Notes: generated by a model from the letters alone, not told the origin. A DNA stretch of 64,000 bases from Macrostomum hystrix (GCA_950097015.1 CATNEN010000038.1:13640001-13704000); one strand, 5' to 3'. Shown: positions 49,880 through 61,620, numbered from the stretch's first letter. A program made the numbers and translations.

Positions 49880-52800
49880 ATGTCAGAAGTAATATCAGCT
49901 ACTGAGCAAGCGAACTCAAGTACGGACATTGGCCAGAGTCAGATTGACAGTCTGTTTCAGTTGGTGCAGAAGGTGTCGACTCTGCAAACGTTTTTTCTGG
50001 AACCCAATGAGGCAACTCGCCAAATTGTGAGCGCAGCATCAATGGGCGATCTGCTTAAGCATCAAATGCTGTCAGTTGAGAAGCACGAATCAGATTTTTT
50101 TCTGCTCTGCTTACCGTGCTTTCAGCAAAGCAAAAGAGCTCACTCGCTGTCTAGTGGTCTTTCCGTTGCTGAAGCGCATCGTTTATTGTGAGTAACTATA
50201 AAATAACTATAACTGGTCCAACTCGGTTAGATCTAACTATTTTATTCCACGTGTATCCTTAGATTAGGTCAGGCAGTGTAATCTCACTGACTGAGCCTTG
50301 GCTGTTGGCATCAATTGGTGCAAATTGCACGACAAGCCCCAAGCACCCCCCAAATTTATGCGGCCGCGCCATCTCAATCCATCTAATGACCTTTAGTTCG
50401 CGAGTCGGACTTGATACCACTCTCACACCTCAACTCAACTCCACAATCCACGTTTGATAGTCCCAGTTTAATAACATTTTGTCGGAACTAAACAACTGAT
50501 TCAACCATAGCGTCGACATTGATTTTATAGAAATGGAAAATCTAGTGGCAATCTAGCAACTGGCCAGCTCATAACAGCAAACGAAATGGCTTCTCTACTC
50601 ACTGGTGGCGACAGTTTTGAGAAGCTTCGCTACTCTACTGCTTGTCACATAGCCGGACTGACTGACAAGGACCACCCTAATGCTGCTGAGAGTTACACTA
50701 ACAAGAAGGCTTACGAAGCTCGCCACTACAAGCGTTTGAAGGGCCTGCTTCTATCCGCCTTAATTGCCATTGACAATCCACAGGGCAATAGACCTTTCAA
50801 TAGCCTCATCGGCTTGATGTCGGCTGTATCTGCTGATTTCGGATGCGAATCTATGGACTTTGTCGAGTAAGATTGCGTTCTGTTACTTCTGTTTCCGGAG
50901 TAACTTCAGTGTCAGGGACCTAACTAAAAATGGGTTGGCAGCGGCCCAGTAATTGAAGAGGGTTGGCAGCACCAATCACTTCTTGTCCGCAATTCCAGAA
51001 CGGACTTCCTTGAGCTGTGCCACCTGCTGACAGCCTGTCTCGAGTCGCGGGCTCGCGATCAACTTAGTCGACCCCTGCCCTCCACCGGGCTGCCGCCAAT
51101 GCTGTCACTGGCCTGCACAATGAGCTGCCTGAACCGGTGCGGTGCAGTGGCTCTGGTTCAGGCCAGGTGTGCTCAGTCTGGTCGGGCTGTAGCCATTCCT
51201 TTAGAGTCACCTGAGCTGCCAGTAAAGCGCATTGTTGACAGCGATAAACTGGCCAATCACCTGCTAACTAGTTTGAGTAGCTTCAAAGCCTCGCTAGAGA
51301 ATGTGCTCAGCGTCTCCCAGGAAGGCTGGTATGATTACGGAGATTTCGCAAATTGTTTTCGCAGCCTGTTAAAAAGCGATGAGCAGTGCTCAGTGCTCGC
51401 AGCTGTTAGTCCAGATTTGGCCTACTACATTAACGAGGCCGTTGAACAGGTCCGCTGCTCAGCTGGCGGCTTTCTAGACAACTACTTGGATCGGGCCACG
51501 AATTTCGAGTACAGGCACGAGTTTCTATGCTGGAACCGGATGGACTGTGAGCGGCAGTACTTTGTCTGCAAGCTGCATCAGCAAGCCAGTGAAATTGTTG
51601 AACATTACAAGCACCTGCACTCGGCTTATAGGCGCGAACGTGAATTCTCTGCCGGCAACAAGAAGCTCGAACGGGACATGTTTGGCTACGATTTCCTGCT
51701 TGATACTCTATGCCTACTGGACCTGCTAGGTCCAATTAGAGCCCTGATGGAGGTGGCCACAGATGGTCAAGTGCCTCACTGGAAGGCTGGCCAGCTGGGC
51801 CCAATAGTGGTCAACTTCTTAGCCAAGCGCAGTGACCAATTTCAGCCGGACCTCTATCCGCGACTAATGGTTAACGGCGCCAGCATTCGTCCCGGCGGCT
51901 GCTATGCCGACGTGCCACTGCTTGATGGCCGGCGATTGCGCTTCGGCAAATCAGCTGACAGCGGATTGTCCGATGCGTCAGTAGACTCATCTGACTGCGG
52001 TACGGAGACGCGTTCGAGAAGCCGAGATGATGTCCAAGCCGATGTGACCCGCTTTGCTGGGGCTCTGCGCGAGAGCCTCTCGCGGCAGCTGGAGGCCTAC
52101 TCAGCCGCTGCCACTCCCGCCGACGCTGCCGCAGTGATGGACGCTGGCGCGGCCGTCTGCCTGCTGGCCAGTGGGGATGTGGCTGCAGAGATCGAAGCCC
52201 TGGCTGAGTCGCCAGCTGCTCAGAGGCTGCTCTCAGCTGCTATTAGGCACAGGGGCCTGGCCCACCTGTCCAGCGGGAGCGTCGCTTCCTACGTCCGCGC
52301 GATCCATCACGCGTTCATCGGCGGCCAAGGCAGGGAGGGCTGGACGATTCCGGAAGTGACCGGCCGGATTTCCGCTGTCCTGACTGAGCCGCTGCAGCTC
52401 GGCTGCGATTTAAAGACGCGCCTGAAAGTCACTACTGAGGCTGGGGAAGTAGTGAGTGTGGTGCTGAACGAGGCGGCCATCTATCGCTCCATGTACAAAG
52501 ATCCGAGGGTCTTTGTTGTCGCCGGCCGAGAAGGCTGTCTTCTGCTTGACTTCGCGCTGCATCTGGGTAGTACTCGTAAGATTTTCTTAAGTGGCCATGT
52601 AAATTTGCATTTAGATTGCTACCCTTTGTTTGCACTCTCGGTTCTCCTCGACCTCCAGATCCTCAGATCCACTCACCCAGATCCTCAGATCCACTCACTC
52701 AGATCCTCAGATTCACTCACTCAGACCCACAGATCCACTCTCCCAGACCCACAGATCCACTCTCCCAGACCCACAGATCCACTCTTCCAGACCTACAGAT

Positions 52801-53194
52801 CCACTCTCCCAGACCCACAGAGTTGTTCTCTCTAATAAGCAGGCGCGGGATTCCGCCCTATTTTTCAGAGAGCTTTGTGGAAAGTTACGGCTCTATAATG
52901 CGCTCCCAGCGGCGGCAGCAGAAGCGCCAGAAGCAGGAGAGCCCCGCATTGGATCAAGCCGATTTAATTTTACGCTCAAAGGTTCGCCTTCTGATGCCAA
53001 AATCTGGCACAGTCGAGAACAAAGCTGTGCTCAAAGACGCTGTTGGGATGTTCTTCGACGAGGAGCGTCGGGCCGAGCTTCGCAAACAGCGCGGTGGCCT
53101 AAAGGCTGATACAATCAGCGAAATTTTAGACCAAAGTAGGCAGCCAGCCAGATCGTCCAGTTGGTTTTCAAGATCACCTTCTTCGTCGCCTTAA
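49880..53194 (+). CDS. hAT-transposase-derived protein, paralogue B; join(49880..50187,50531..50866,50999..52575,52869..53194), 848 aa
   Basis: Open 2547-nt spliced frame; CLPC...CHIAG...DH; LPSTGLPP, SQEGWY, DLAY, DLLGPI and VESYGSIM. Same three intron positions and phases as paralogue A. Confidence 0.72.
50262..50428 (-). mobile_element. Short SINE variant sharing the family 2 central segment
   Basis: Minus strand gcttggggcttgtcgtgcaattt...ccaagg...tacactgcctgac matches family 2; decayed tRNA-like head. Confidence 0.6.
52655..52822. repeat. 22-bp intronic minisatellite (cagatccactctcccagaccca)
   Basis: About 7 imperfect copies in intron 3 of paralogue B. Confidence 0.9.
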
Positions 53195-53234
53195 AATGTG
53201 CCGATTTTATGGAAGTTGCGCTATTTTTACCGAC

Positions 53235-53752
53235 ATTGGTAGAGAGATTATTATGGAATTAGTAGAGGATTGTTATGGGATTGGTCGAGTATTGTTATGG
53301 GATTGGTAGAGGATTGTTATGGGATTGGTCGAGTATTGTTGTGGTATTGGTCGAGTATTGTTGTGGGATTGGTCGAGTATCGGATTGGTTGAGGATTGTT
53401 ATGGGATTGGTCGAGGATTGTTATGGGATTGGTAGAGGATTGTTATGGGATTGGTAGAGGATTGTTATGGGATTGGTAGAGGATTGTTATGGGATTGGTC
53501 GAGGATTTTTATGGGATTGGTAGAGGATTGTTATGGGATTGGTCGAGGATTGTTATGGGATTGGTAGAGGATTGTTATGGGATTGGTCGAGTATTGTTAT
53601 GGGATTGGTAGAGGATTGTTATGGGATTGGTTGAGGATTTTTATGGGATTGGTTGAGGATTTTTATGGGATTGGTAGAGGATTGTTATGGGATTGGTAGA
53701 GGATTGTTATGGGATTGGTAGAGGATTTTTATGGGATTGGTTGAAGATTGTT
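53235..53752. repeat. 22-bp minisatellite (ggattgttatgggattggtaga)
   Basis: About 23 copies just after the stop of paralogue B. Confidence 0.95.
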
Positions 53753-54424
53753 ATATTATTTTATATTCATTTTTATTTTTAAGTTTAAATAGGACATTTT
53801 AGGGCCGCTTAAAGAGTATGTTTACGAAATGAATCTGAAGGACAAATGTAATGTTTGCTTGCTAACACTCCGTGCTAAATCTAAAATGCATCATAATTGG
53901 CTAATTCAAGCCTGTGCTTTTATAGTTTTCATCATGTATTTCTTTGGTGAGCATTTCAAAATTTATTGCATTCTTTATTTGCCACAATAATTATGCGGCA
54001 ACGGTGTTAATGATCCCGTGCCTGATTTTAATAAGGATGCATTTTCTTACTATAAACTAACCGCGCTAAATCTCCATGTTTAAGTAGAGTTAAAATACAC
54101 TATTTTTTTGTATTAACTTCTCGCTTGACAATGGGACACTTCCCAGAAGAATGCTAATGACGAGAAAAAATATTTTATAATTTGCCCTGATTAGTTCTTA
54201 CTTTTTAACTATCGCTTGCATGTGTGCTGTAGTCATGAAATTGTTTGCATGAAATTCTAACCTTAAGTCACAGCCTTTAAACCCTAAAGACTGACTCAGG
54301 TCGACTTACGAAACATTTAGGCCGAGCTATCACAGACTCGGGTATAGTTGACAGGCAATGTTTTCACAGCTGCAGGCGCTTTGTTACAGCTGCAGGTAGC
54401 GTTATCACAGCTTCTGATAATATT

Positions 54425-54810
54425 ATTGGAGCTTCAGCTTGTTCTATTAGAGCTTCAGGTTGTTTTGTTAGAGCTTTATGTAGTTCTATTAGAGCTTCAG
54501 GTAGTTCTATTAGAGCTTCAGGTAGTTCTATTAGAGCTTCAGGTAGTTCTATTAGAGCTTCAGGTAGTTCTATTAGAGCTTCAGGTAGTTCTATTAGAGC
54601 TTCGGGTAGTTCTATTAGAGCTTCGGGTAGTTCTATTAGAGCTTCGGGTAGTTCTATTAGAGCTTCAGATAGTTCTTTTAGAGCTTCAGGTAGTTCTATT
54701 AAAGGTAGCTTTATGAAGTTCTATTAGAGCTTCAGATAGTTCTTTTAGAGCTTCAGGTAGTTCTATTAAAGGTAGCTTTATGAAGTTCTATTAGAGCTTC
54801 AGGTTGTTGA
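54425..54810. repeat. 21-bp minisatellite (gtagttctattagagcttcag)
   Basis: About 17 copies. Confidence 0.95.
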
Positions 54811-55288
54811 ATAAGTTTTTATCGCATCTTCAGGTAGCGTTTCGGGTAGCCTAATGACAACTTCAGGTAAGGTTTAAAACAGTTGCAGGTAGCGTTATAT
54901 CCTTCTCTTCATTCTGAATTCACGAAATTCTGCAGTGAATATCTCTCACAAAGTTTTCAGCGGCCCACAATGCTGACCAATAATACTGTTGAAATGGAGC
55001 CGATCCCGCCAGACAGCGGAGACGCACTGACCGCAGCAGCTGCTGCTCAGTTTGAACAGGCGGACAACTCAATCATCCGCATTCGCGGCCTGCACTATGA
55101 CTGGACAGTCGATGATATTTCGCGTTTTTTGTTCAACTGCATCTTGACTCTCCGCCACCTACTGCTGTTCACATTGTGTCCAGTGTTGTGAATGGCCTAT
55201 GTGCACATATGCTCATAGCGTACCCATGTAATCGATGTACATGTGACGTTCAAGAATATATACGCACGGCTCTCGCTACTCGCTCGCT

Positions 55289-56116
55289 CTCGCCAGCGAA
55301 GGCCAACGCATTAAAACCGAACGCTTCCGCGTTTGGATTCCGAATGGCAGTGCCATCAAATCTGGGGATCAGCTTAGGCAGATTCTGCTGAAGCTGCACC
55401 CCGACCTTGAGGCCAACGGGCTCCTCCACCATGCCTCCTCCCGCAAGGAGACGGGGTTCACGGTGATCCTGGGGCTCTCGGATGCGTGGACGAAGCGCTT
55501 GCCGCCAAAGTCCATCATTCACCTTGGTCTAACTCAGCTGACCATCCTCCGCTGCGAGGAGAGGAAAGCTGGCGAAGCCAAAAAAGCCAAAGCTCCTGAG
55601 TCCGGATCCGGGGCGCAAGCTCCTCCGGCGAAGAAGCAGAGGCAAACGGTGGATCCCCACCCCGGTAAAGCAGCCCGCGCTGCCGAATCCGGACCTCGCG
55701 ACCGCAGGCCTGCCAGGTCCACCCGGAGATCTGGGCTGGTCCAGCGTGCGCTGGAACAAGCCAGGACTCTCAGGGCGCACCTTGAGCGGGCCCACACATC
55801 GAACGCTCCACCGAAGCAGCCAGTGGGGCAGGAGCGACGAGGAGAGGCGCCGACTGACTGGTTTGAGGCTAGCACTCACCAGGCGGATCGCGCCATCCAC
55901 GTTGACCTGACCGACGAGGCGAGCCTGGGCAGTATCGGCGTCACGACGCAAAGGGACGGCGAGGGAGACACTCTTGCTGGGCAAATGCCCGCTGAGGACT
56001 CCTCAGCCACCCTGACCGCCGGGGACGCCGAGATTCCCATGGAGCTTTGCGAGCCTTCCATCTCCGAAAAGGAAGAGGAGGAATTGCTACGCGACTCCCC
56101 GACTGCGCGGCCATGA
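55289..56116 (+). CDS. LINE ORF1 C-terminal remnant (no ATG; frame of ORF 55463..56116 is open upstream)
   Basis: FRVWIP...QILLKLHPDL followed by a basic then acidic low-complexity tail; its stop overlaps the ORF2 start as ATGA. Confidence 0.7.
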   Translation, partial: LASEGQRIKTERFRVWIPNGSAIKSGDQLRQILLKLHPDLEANGLLHHASSRKETGFTVILGLSDAWTKRLPPKSIIHLGLTQLTILRCEERKAGEAKKAKAPESGSGAQAPPAKKQRQTVDPHPGKAARAAESGPRDRRPARSTRRSGLVQRALEQARTLRAHLERAHTSNAPPKQPVGQERRGEAPTDWFEASTHQADRAIHVDLTDEASLGSIGVTTQRDGEGDTLAGQMPAEDSSATLTAGDAEIPMELCEPSISEKEEEELLRDSPTARP

Positions 56117-59100
56117 TCAGCAGTCCAGGAATTAGCTGCCTGCAGATTAATCTGCAACACAGCGTCGCAGCTTCGGCTAACCTGATGCGTCAAGCCGAGC
56201 TCGACAAGCCGGGTCTCATCCTAGTCCAGGAGCCGTGGACCTCCAAAGGTAAGCCCCAAAACGTGCCTTCTGGGTACAACTGCTTCTGCGTTAGCCCCCG
56301 CGAGGCGAACCGGCCACCTAGAGCCTGTATCTTCGGGGCCAAAACCCTCGGTGCTTGGCTCAGACCCGACCTGTCTAACGGGGATATCTGCGTCATTCAA
56401 TCTGAGGATCTGCTGCCTGGGAGAACCACCCTCGTTGCCTCGGTTTACCTACCAGGTGACGTAGCGGTCGTCCCCCGGACGCTCACCACCCTGGTCGAAC
56501 TCTGATCTGCCAGGAATTATGAGCTGATGGTCGCCGGCGACATCAACGCCCACCATACCCACTGGGGCAGCACAGGGATAAACCAGAGAGGCGAAGACCT
56601 CCTGTCCTATGTTACCTCTACGACCCTGGAGTTCTGTAACTCTGGGTCTACGCCTACTTTCGACAATGGACGCTGGTCAGAGGTGATTGACGCCACGCTC
56701 GCTTCACCCAAGCTCTTTCAGAGTATTGGGGTGTGGCGCGTGCTCCCGGTGCCGTCCCTCTCTGACCATAAGTTCATTCACTTTCGTGTGGCGAGCGCTC
56801 GCAGCCTAAACCACATCACGTGGAGACGGAACGCCAGAAATACTGATTGGGAAGCCTTCAGGCATGCCTTGGAGACGACCCATCGGTCTTCGGGCCAACC
56901 ACCCACTATTTCGACGTGCCGAGAGGCGGACGTGTGCGCGACTGTTTTAACAGAAACGCTAACCGCCGCCTTCGAGGCTGCCTGTCCCCTAAAAGCCTAC
57001 AAAGGGAAGACATCTGCGCCGTGGTGGAATCCTCAGCTCGGCGACCTCCGTCGCAGAGCGAAGAGATTACACCGCAGAGCGAACAAAACCAGGAGCCCTG
57101 CAGACCAGACCGCCTACCTTGAAGCCATCCATGAGTTCAAGAGGGAGATCAGGACTGCCAAGGCCCAGAAGTGGCGCCAATACTGCGAGGAGCTAGAGGG
57201 CTCACGCCCCACCTCCAGAATTGTCAAAGCACTTACGCTAGACAAAATGTCCAAGCTCTCCTCGGTTAAGCGAACCGACGGCACGTCAACTGACAACCCA
57301 GGAGAAACGCTTGAGGTCATGCTCTCTGCCTTCTTCCCCAACGAACCAACCAACCTGACCACCTCAGACCACACTGAGGGAGGCCAGATGCTGGCTGCCT
57401 CTATCATCACGGAGGACCGCATCGTTAAAGCGGCCACCTCCTTCAAGCCTTTCAAGGCTCCAGGGCCTGATGGCATCGTACCTGCCTTTCTTAGAGAGGC
57501 GGTTAAATGCCCAGGTTTCCTGCGCTCTCTTTGCAACCTCTATCGAGCCTGCATCACGCTCGGGTACGTCCCGCAGGCATGGACCGAGGCGAAGGTGATT
57601 TTTATCCCGAAGCCAGGCCGCCCGGACTACCAGTCTATAAAATCCTTCAGACCAATCAGCCTAACCACCTTCCTGGTCAAGCTGATGGAGAGACTAGTGC
57701 TGTGGCGCCTTCTCTCAGTGGAACTGAAGAACGCGCCGCTCAGCGACAACCAGCATGCTTTTCGGGCGGGTCGCTCCACCGAAAGCGCGCTGCACGTTCT
57801 GGTCGACAAATTGGAGAAAGCTGTGCTTGGCACCGGCTTCGCCTTAAGCGTCTTCCTAGACATTGATGGTGCCTTTGACAACGTCCTCTTCGAAGCGTTC
57901 CGCAAAGCCCTTTACGAGAGGCACACTCACTCGTCCCTCACCAGATGGATCATGTATATGATCAGTCATCGCACGGTCACTGCCAACCTGCTGGGCCACC
58001 AACGGACGGTCCCCGTCCGCAAAGGGAGCCCGCAGGGAGGGGTCCTCTCTCCTATTCTCTGGAACATGGTCATTGACGAGCTCCTCCGTGACGACCGTCC
58101 TGACCCAATCCTGAAGGTGGGGTATGCGGACGATGTCACTGCTGTGGCGTCTGGCCCATCCCCTGACACTCTCAGGGACCTCCTTCAGAATTTCATCCAC
58201 TCTGCTGAACAATGGGCGGGTCGCTGTGGTCTGAAGCTCTCCGAGACCAAGACTGCAGTGATCATGTTCACCAGCAGAAACAAGTGGCAGATACAGCCGC
58301 TTAGGCTTTACGGTAAGGAAATTTCCTTCTGTAAGCAAACCAAATGCCTAGGGATCACCTTGGACCATAGGCTGAACTGGTCTCCCCATGTTCAAACCAA
58401 AACCAAGAGGGCCCTCGCGATCCTCGCGCAGCTGCGGAGGGCCGTTGGCACCACCTGGGGGCTCACCCCCAAGCGCCTCTGGTGGATCTATACGCAGCAA
58501 TGGTCAGGCCAGCTGTCTCGTACGGCAGCTTGATCTGGGCCAGTGCCCTGCAGATGAAGACCTGCCTGGAGGCACTTAGGAAAACGCAAGGGCGCGCTTG
58601 TCGCATGACCATGAGTGCCCCACCGTCTGCTCCTTACGACGGCCTCAATGCCTTCCTCGACGCTACCCCGCTGGACATTTTTGTCCGCAGGGAAGCCGCC
58701 AAAACAGCGCGTCGGCTCATTGACGCCGGCGTCCGCTTCACGCCGCAAAGAGCAATGGCAAAACGCAAACTTCTGCCTCACACCGATCTGTGCCTTCGTG
58801 ACTTGAAAGATGGCGGCGGACTCCACGTCTTATCTGACGGCGAACCACGCACTCTCAATCTCACCCAGCGCTACAAAATCATCATTCCCTCGAGGGATGA
58901 CGCTAACGACCACTGGAACCACCAGGAGGTCCACTGCTACACGGACGGATCCCTAAAAGACGGCCTTGCCGGCTTTGGGGTCTGCATCCTGATCAACGGC
59001 CGCGTCGTCGCCACGCATGCCCAACATACTGGGAGACTCTCCACGGTCTTCCAGAATGAGATCCTTGCCATCAGCTCTTGTGCCGCAGAGCTGAATGCCA

Positions 59101-59819
59101 GGAATACGAGAGGAGAGACCATCATCATCCACTCTGACAGCCAAGCGGCCTTACAAGCCCTTTGCCGCACCACCACGTGCTCCCGGACAGTCGCTGACTG
59201 TGCCCGGCAACTCAACCTCCTGGCCAGTAACAACACGGTCAAGCTGAGCTGGATCCCAGGGCATGCGGGCTTCCCAGGGAACGAGCTTGCGGATACCCTT
59301 GCCAAGCAAGGTGGCTCAGGCTCTCTCCTGGGACCTGCTCCCCTGGTCCCGATCCCCATCACGGTCATCAATCGCCTTATTGATGACTGGGCTGAATCCC
59401 TGCACAGGGACAGATGGGCGGGCACCCAGAACTGTCGGCAATCCCGTGCCGCAGTTCCGCGCCCGTCTCGCAGGCTCAGGAGCATCCTTTTGAACCAAAA
59501 CCGGAAGGATATCCGCGCCCTCGCCATGACCCTCACGGGCCACGGCTACCTCGCTAGGCACTGTTTCCTCCGGGGTGACCTTGAGAGTGAACTCTGCCCA
59601 TTCTGTGAGTATGACACCGAAGATGCTGAGCACTTTGTGTGTCACTGCCCTTTCTTTAACAGAGACCGGCTTCGCTACCTCGGGCCCAACCCGTCCATGG
59701 ACGAGATCTGCCAGCCCGACAGCATTCCACGGCTCGTCCAGTTCCTTCGTGCAACAAGACGAGCCACTTTCTTCCCCACGGAAGACAACGCTGCAGGACG
59801 GACCGGCGGACCACCCTGA
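56113..59819 (+). pseudogene. LINE ORF2 (APE endonuclease, reverse transcriptase, RNase H, CCHC) with TGA at 56503-56505 and a frameshift near 58490-58497
   Basis: LQINLQH, LVQEPW, GDINAHH, SDH; KAPGPDGI, FRPISL, FLDIDGAFD, GSPQGGVLSP, YADD (58123); YTDGS, HSDSQAAL, WIPGHAGFPGNELAD; CPFC...HFVCHC. Confidence 0.94.
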
Positions 59820-61104
59820 CCGGCCCCGCGCCCTTGCCTGTCTGCGGGCCTACAGGGGTTAGCGGTATGGGCGACCCTCGCCTCCCCGCTGCGTCCATGG
59901 ACCACCCTGCAGCTAAGTCAAGTAAGTCAAAAGTCTCGCTACCGAGAGAGCACCCTCCCCTTTGGTTAACTTGACTCAGTCTCGTCTCGCTCATTTGGCT
60001 AGCAGACACAGCACTAGCATCGCAAGCAGGGGTTAGACCAAACCCCCCAAACCAGCACAGTCCAGCCAATCAACTCACGGCAGCCAGGTCCAGTAAGCGA
60101 CTTTCGCACTCACACGGCACTCACAACTGCAAGTCAGCCAGTTTGAGCCAATCGGAAATGAGTAGCACTGAGAGTTTTTGGCTAGTCGCATTGTTGAGCT
60201 GTTTCAGTTCAGCTATGCCGAGATGAGTAGTGTTCTAGCTCAGCTGTCGACTGTGCTGCAACGGGTCAGAATAGATCTGCGAATATAAACATTTTCTTAC
60301 TCCTTTAAGAGGTCGTATTCAAGTTTAGAATTAAGTAAAATTTACTATAAAATTAAGTTGGAAGTATGCATAATTCAGACTCCTACCAATTGCTGAAATC
60401 CATCTAATTTATACTGTACCCAATCACAGAAATCCGTCTACTGTATACTCCAACCAATCACAAATCCGTCTAACCTATATTCCAACCCATCATATAAATT
60501 CGCCTAACCTGTACTACAACCAATCACAGAAATTCGTCTAACCTATACTCCAACCAATCGCAGAAATTCGTCTTATCTATGCTCCAACCAATCACCATTC
60601 AACCAGAGGATGAGAATTACACCGAGGAGGAGGAGGTGTGCAGCCCTATTGTGAAACTCTGAGGTCTGCATGACACAACGGATCATGCCTCCGTGGTGGA
60701 GCTACGAGCGTAATCTATGAGCGATGCCCACCGTGTGTTGAGGTTCTTCAAGACGGAGTTCTTTTAATGTTTGATGCGACTCAAAGGTTCACCGGTTCGG
60801 CCAATGGTCAACTGAAGGAACCTGAGCACGCTGAAATTGTGCTCATTTGTATGCAAAATGCTAGCCTGGCTAGTCGTCACAGCTTATATAGAGGCTAATC
60901 GGCAACACCTGTTAGCAGGCAACGGTGAGCGCATAGATATAAGTTTGTTTTGAGACCAGGTTTTGAGACAGGAGACAAGGAAGAGAGGTAGGGAGACAAG
61001 GAAGGGAAGCAGCGAGACAAGAAAGACAGACAGGTAGTCAAGGAAGAGAGGCGGGGAGACGAGGAAGAGAAGCAAGGGGGACAAGGAAGTGAGGCAGGGA
61101 GACA

Positions 61105-61620
61105 GGATGTGTGAGTTGATGGGCATAGGTCAAATCCGCGTTGATGGGTCATGGGTCAGGTGTGAGTTGATGGGTCAAAGGTCAGGTGTGAGTTGATGGG
61201 TCAAAGGTCAGGTGTGAGTTGATGGGTCATGGGTCAGGTGTGAGTTGATGTATCATGGGCTGGTGTGAGTTCATGGGTCATGGGCTGGTGTGAGTTCATG
61301 GGTCATGGGCTGGTGTGAGTTCATGGGTCATGGGCTGGTGTGAGTTCATGGGTCATGGGCTGGTGTGAGTTGATGGGTCATGGGTCAGGTGTGAGTTGAT
61401 AAGTCATGGGTCAGGTGTGAGTTGATGGGTCATGGGTCAGGTGTGAGTTGATGGGTCATGGGTCAGGTGTGAGTTGATGGGTCATAGTCAGGTGTGAGTT
61501 GATGGATCTTGGGTCAGGTGTGAGTTGATGGGTCATGGATCAGGTGTGAGTTGATGGGTCATGGATCAGGTGTGAGTTGATGGGTCATGGATCAGGTGTG
61601 AGTTGATGGGTCATTGATGG
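61105..61620. repeat. 25-26-bp minisatellite (gggtcaggtgtgagttgatgggtcat)
   Basis: About 19 copies, preceded by a purine-rich low-complexity tract (60965-61105). Confidence 0.94.

Larger units (their letters stand above)
55280..59933 (+). mobile_element. Non-LTR retrotransposon with RNase H (I group, LOA/Lian-like), 5'-truncated in ORF1
   Basis: ORF1 remnant ending 56116; ORF2 with APE, RT, RNase H and CCHC; 3' tail gctaagtcaagtaagtcaa; candidate 9-bp TSD tctcgctac at 55271-55279 and 59934-59942. Clade assignment is inference. Confidence 0.93.
54970..60770 (+). pseudogene. Interrupted hnRNP F/H/ESRP-type qRRM gene relic (pieces 54970..55141 and ~60600..60770)
   Basis: IIRIRGLHYDWTVDDISRFLFNC resembles a qRRM start (VRLRGLPW...DI..FF..C) and ends at inserted DNA. 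The downstream piece reads SPIVKL*GLH with stops. Confidence 0.5.

Noticed and set aside
56503-56505. Selenocysteine or programmed readthrough at the in-frame TGA
   Set aside because: A single TGC/TGT-to-TGA change in a copy that also has a frameshift is simpler; no SECIS was recognised.
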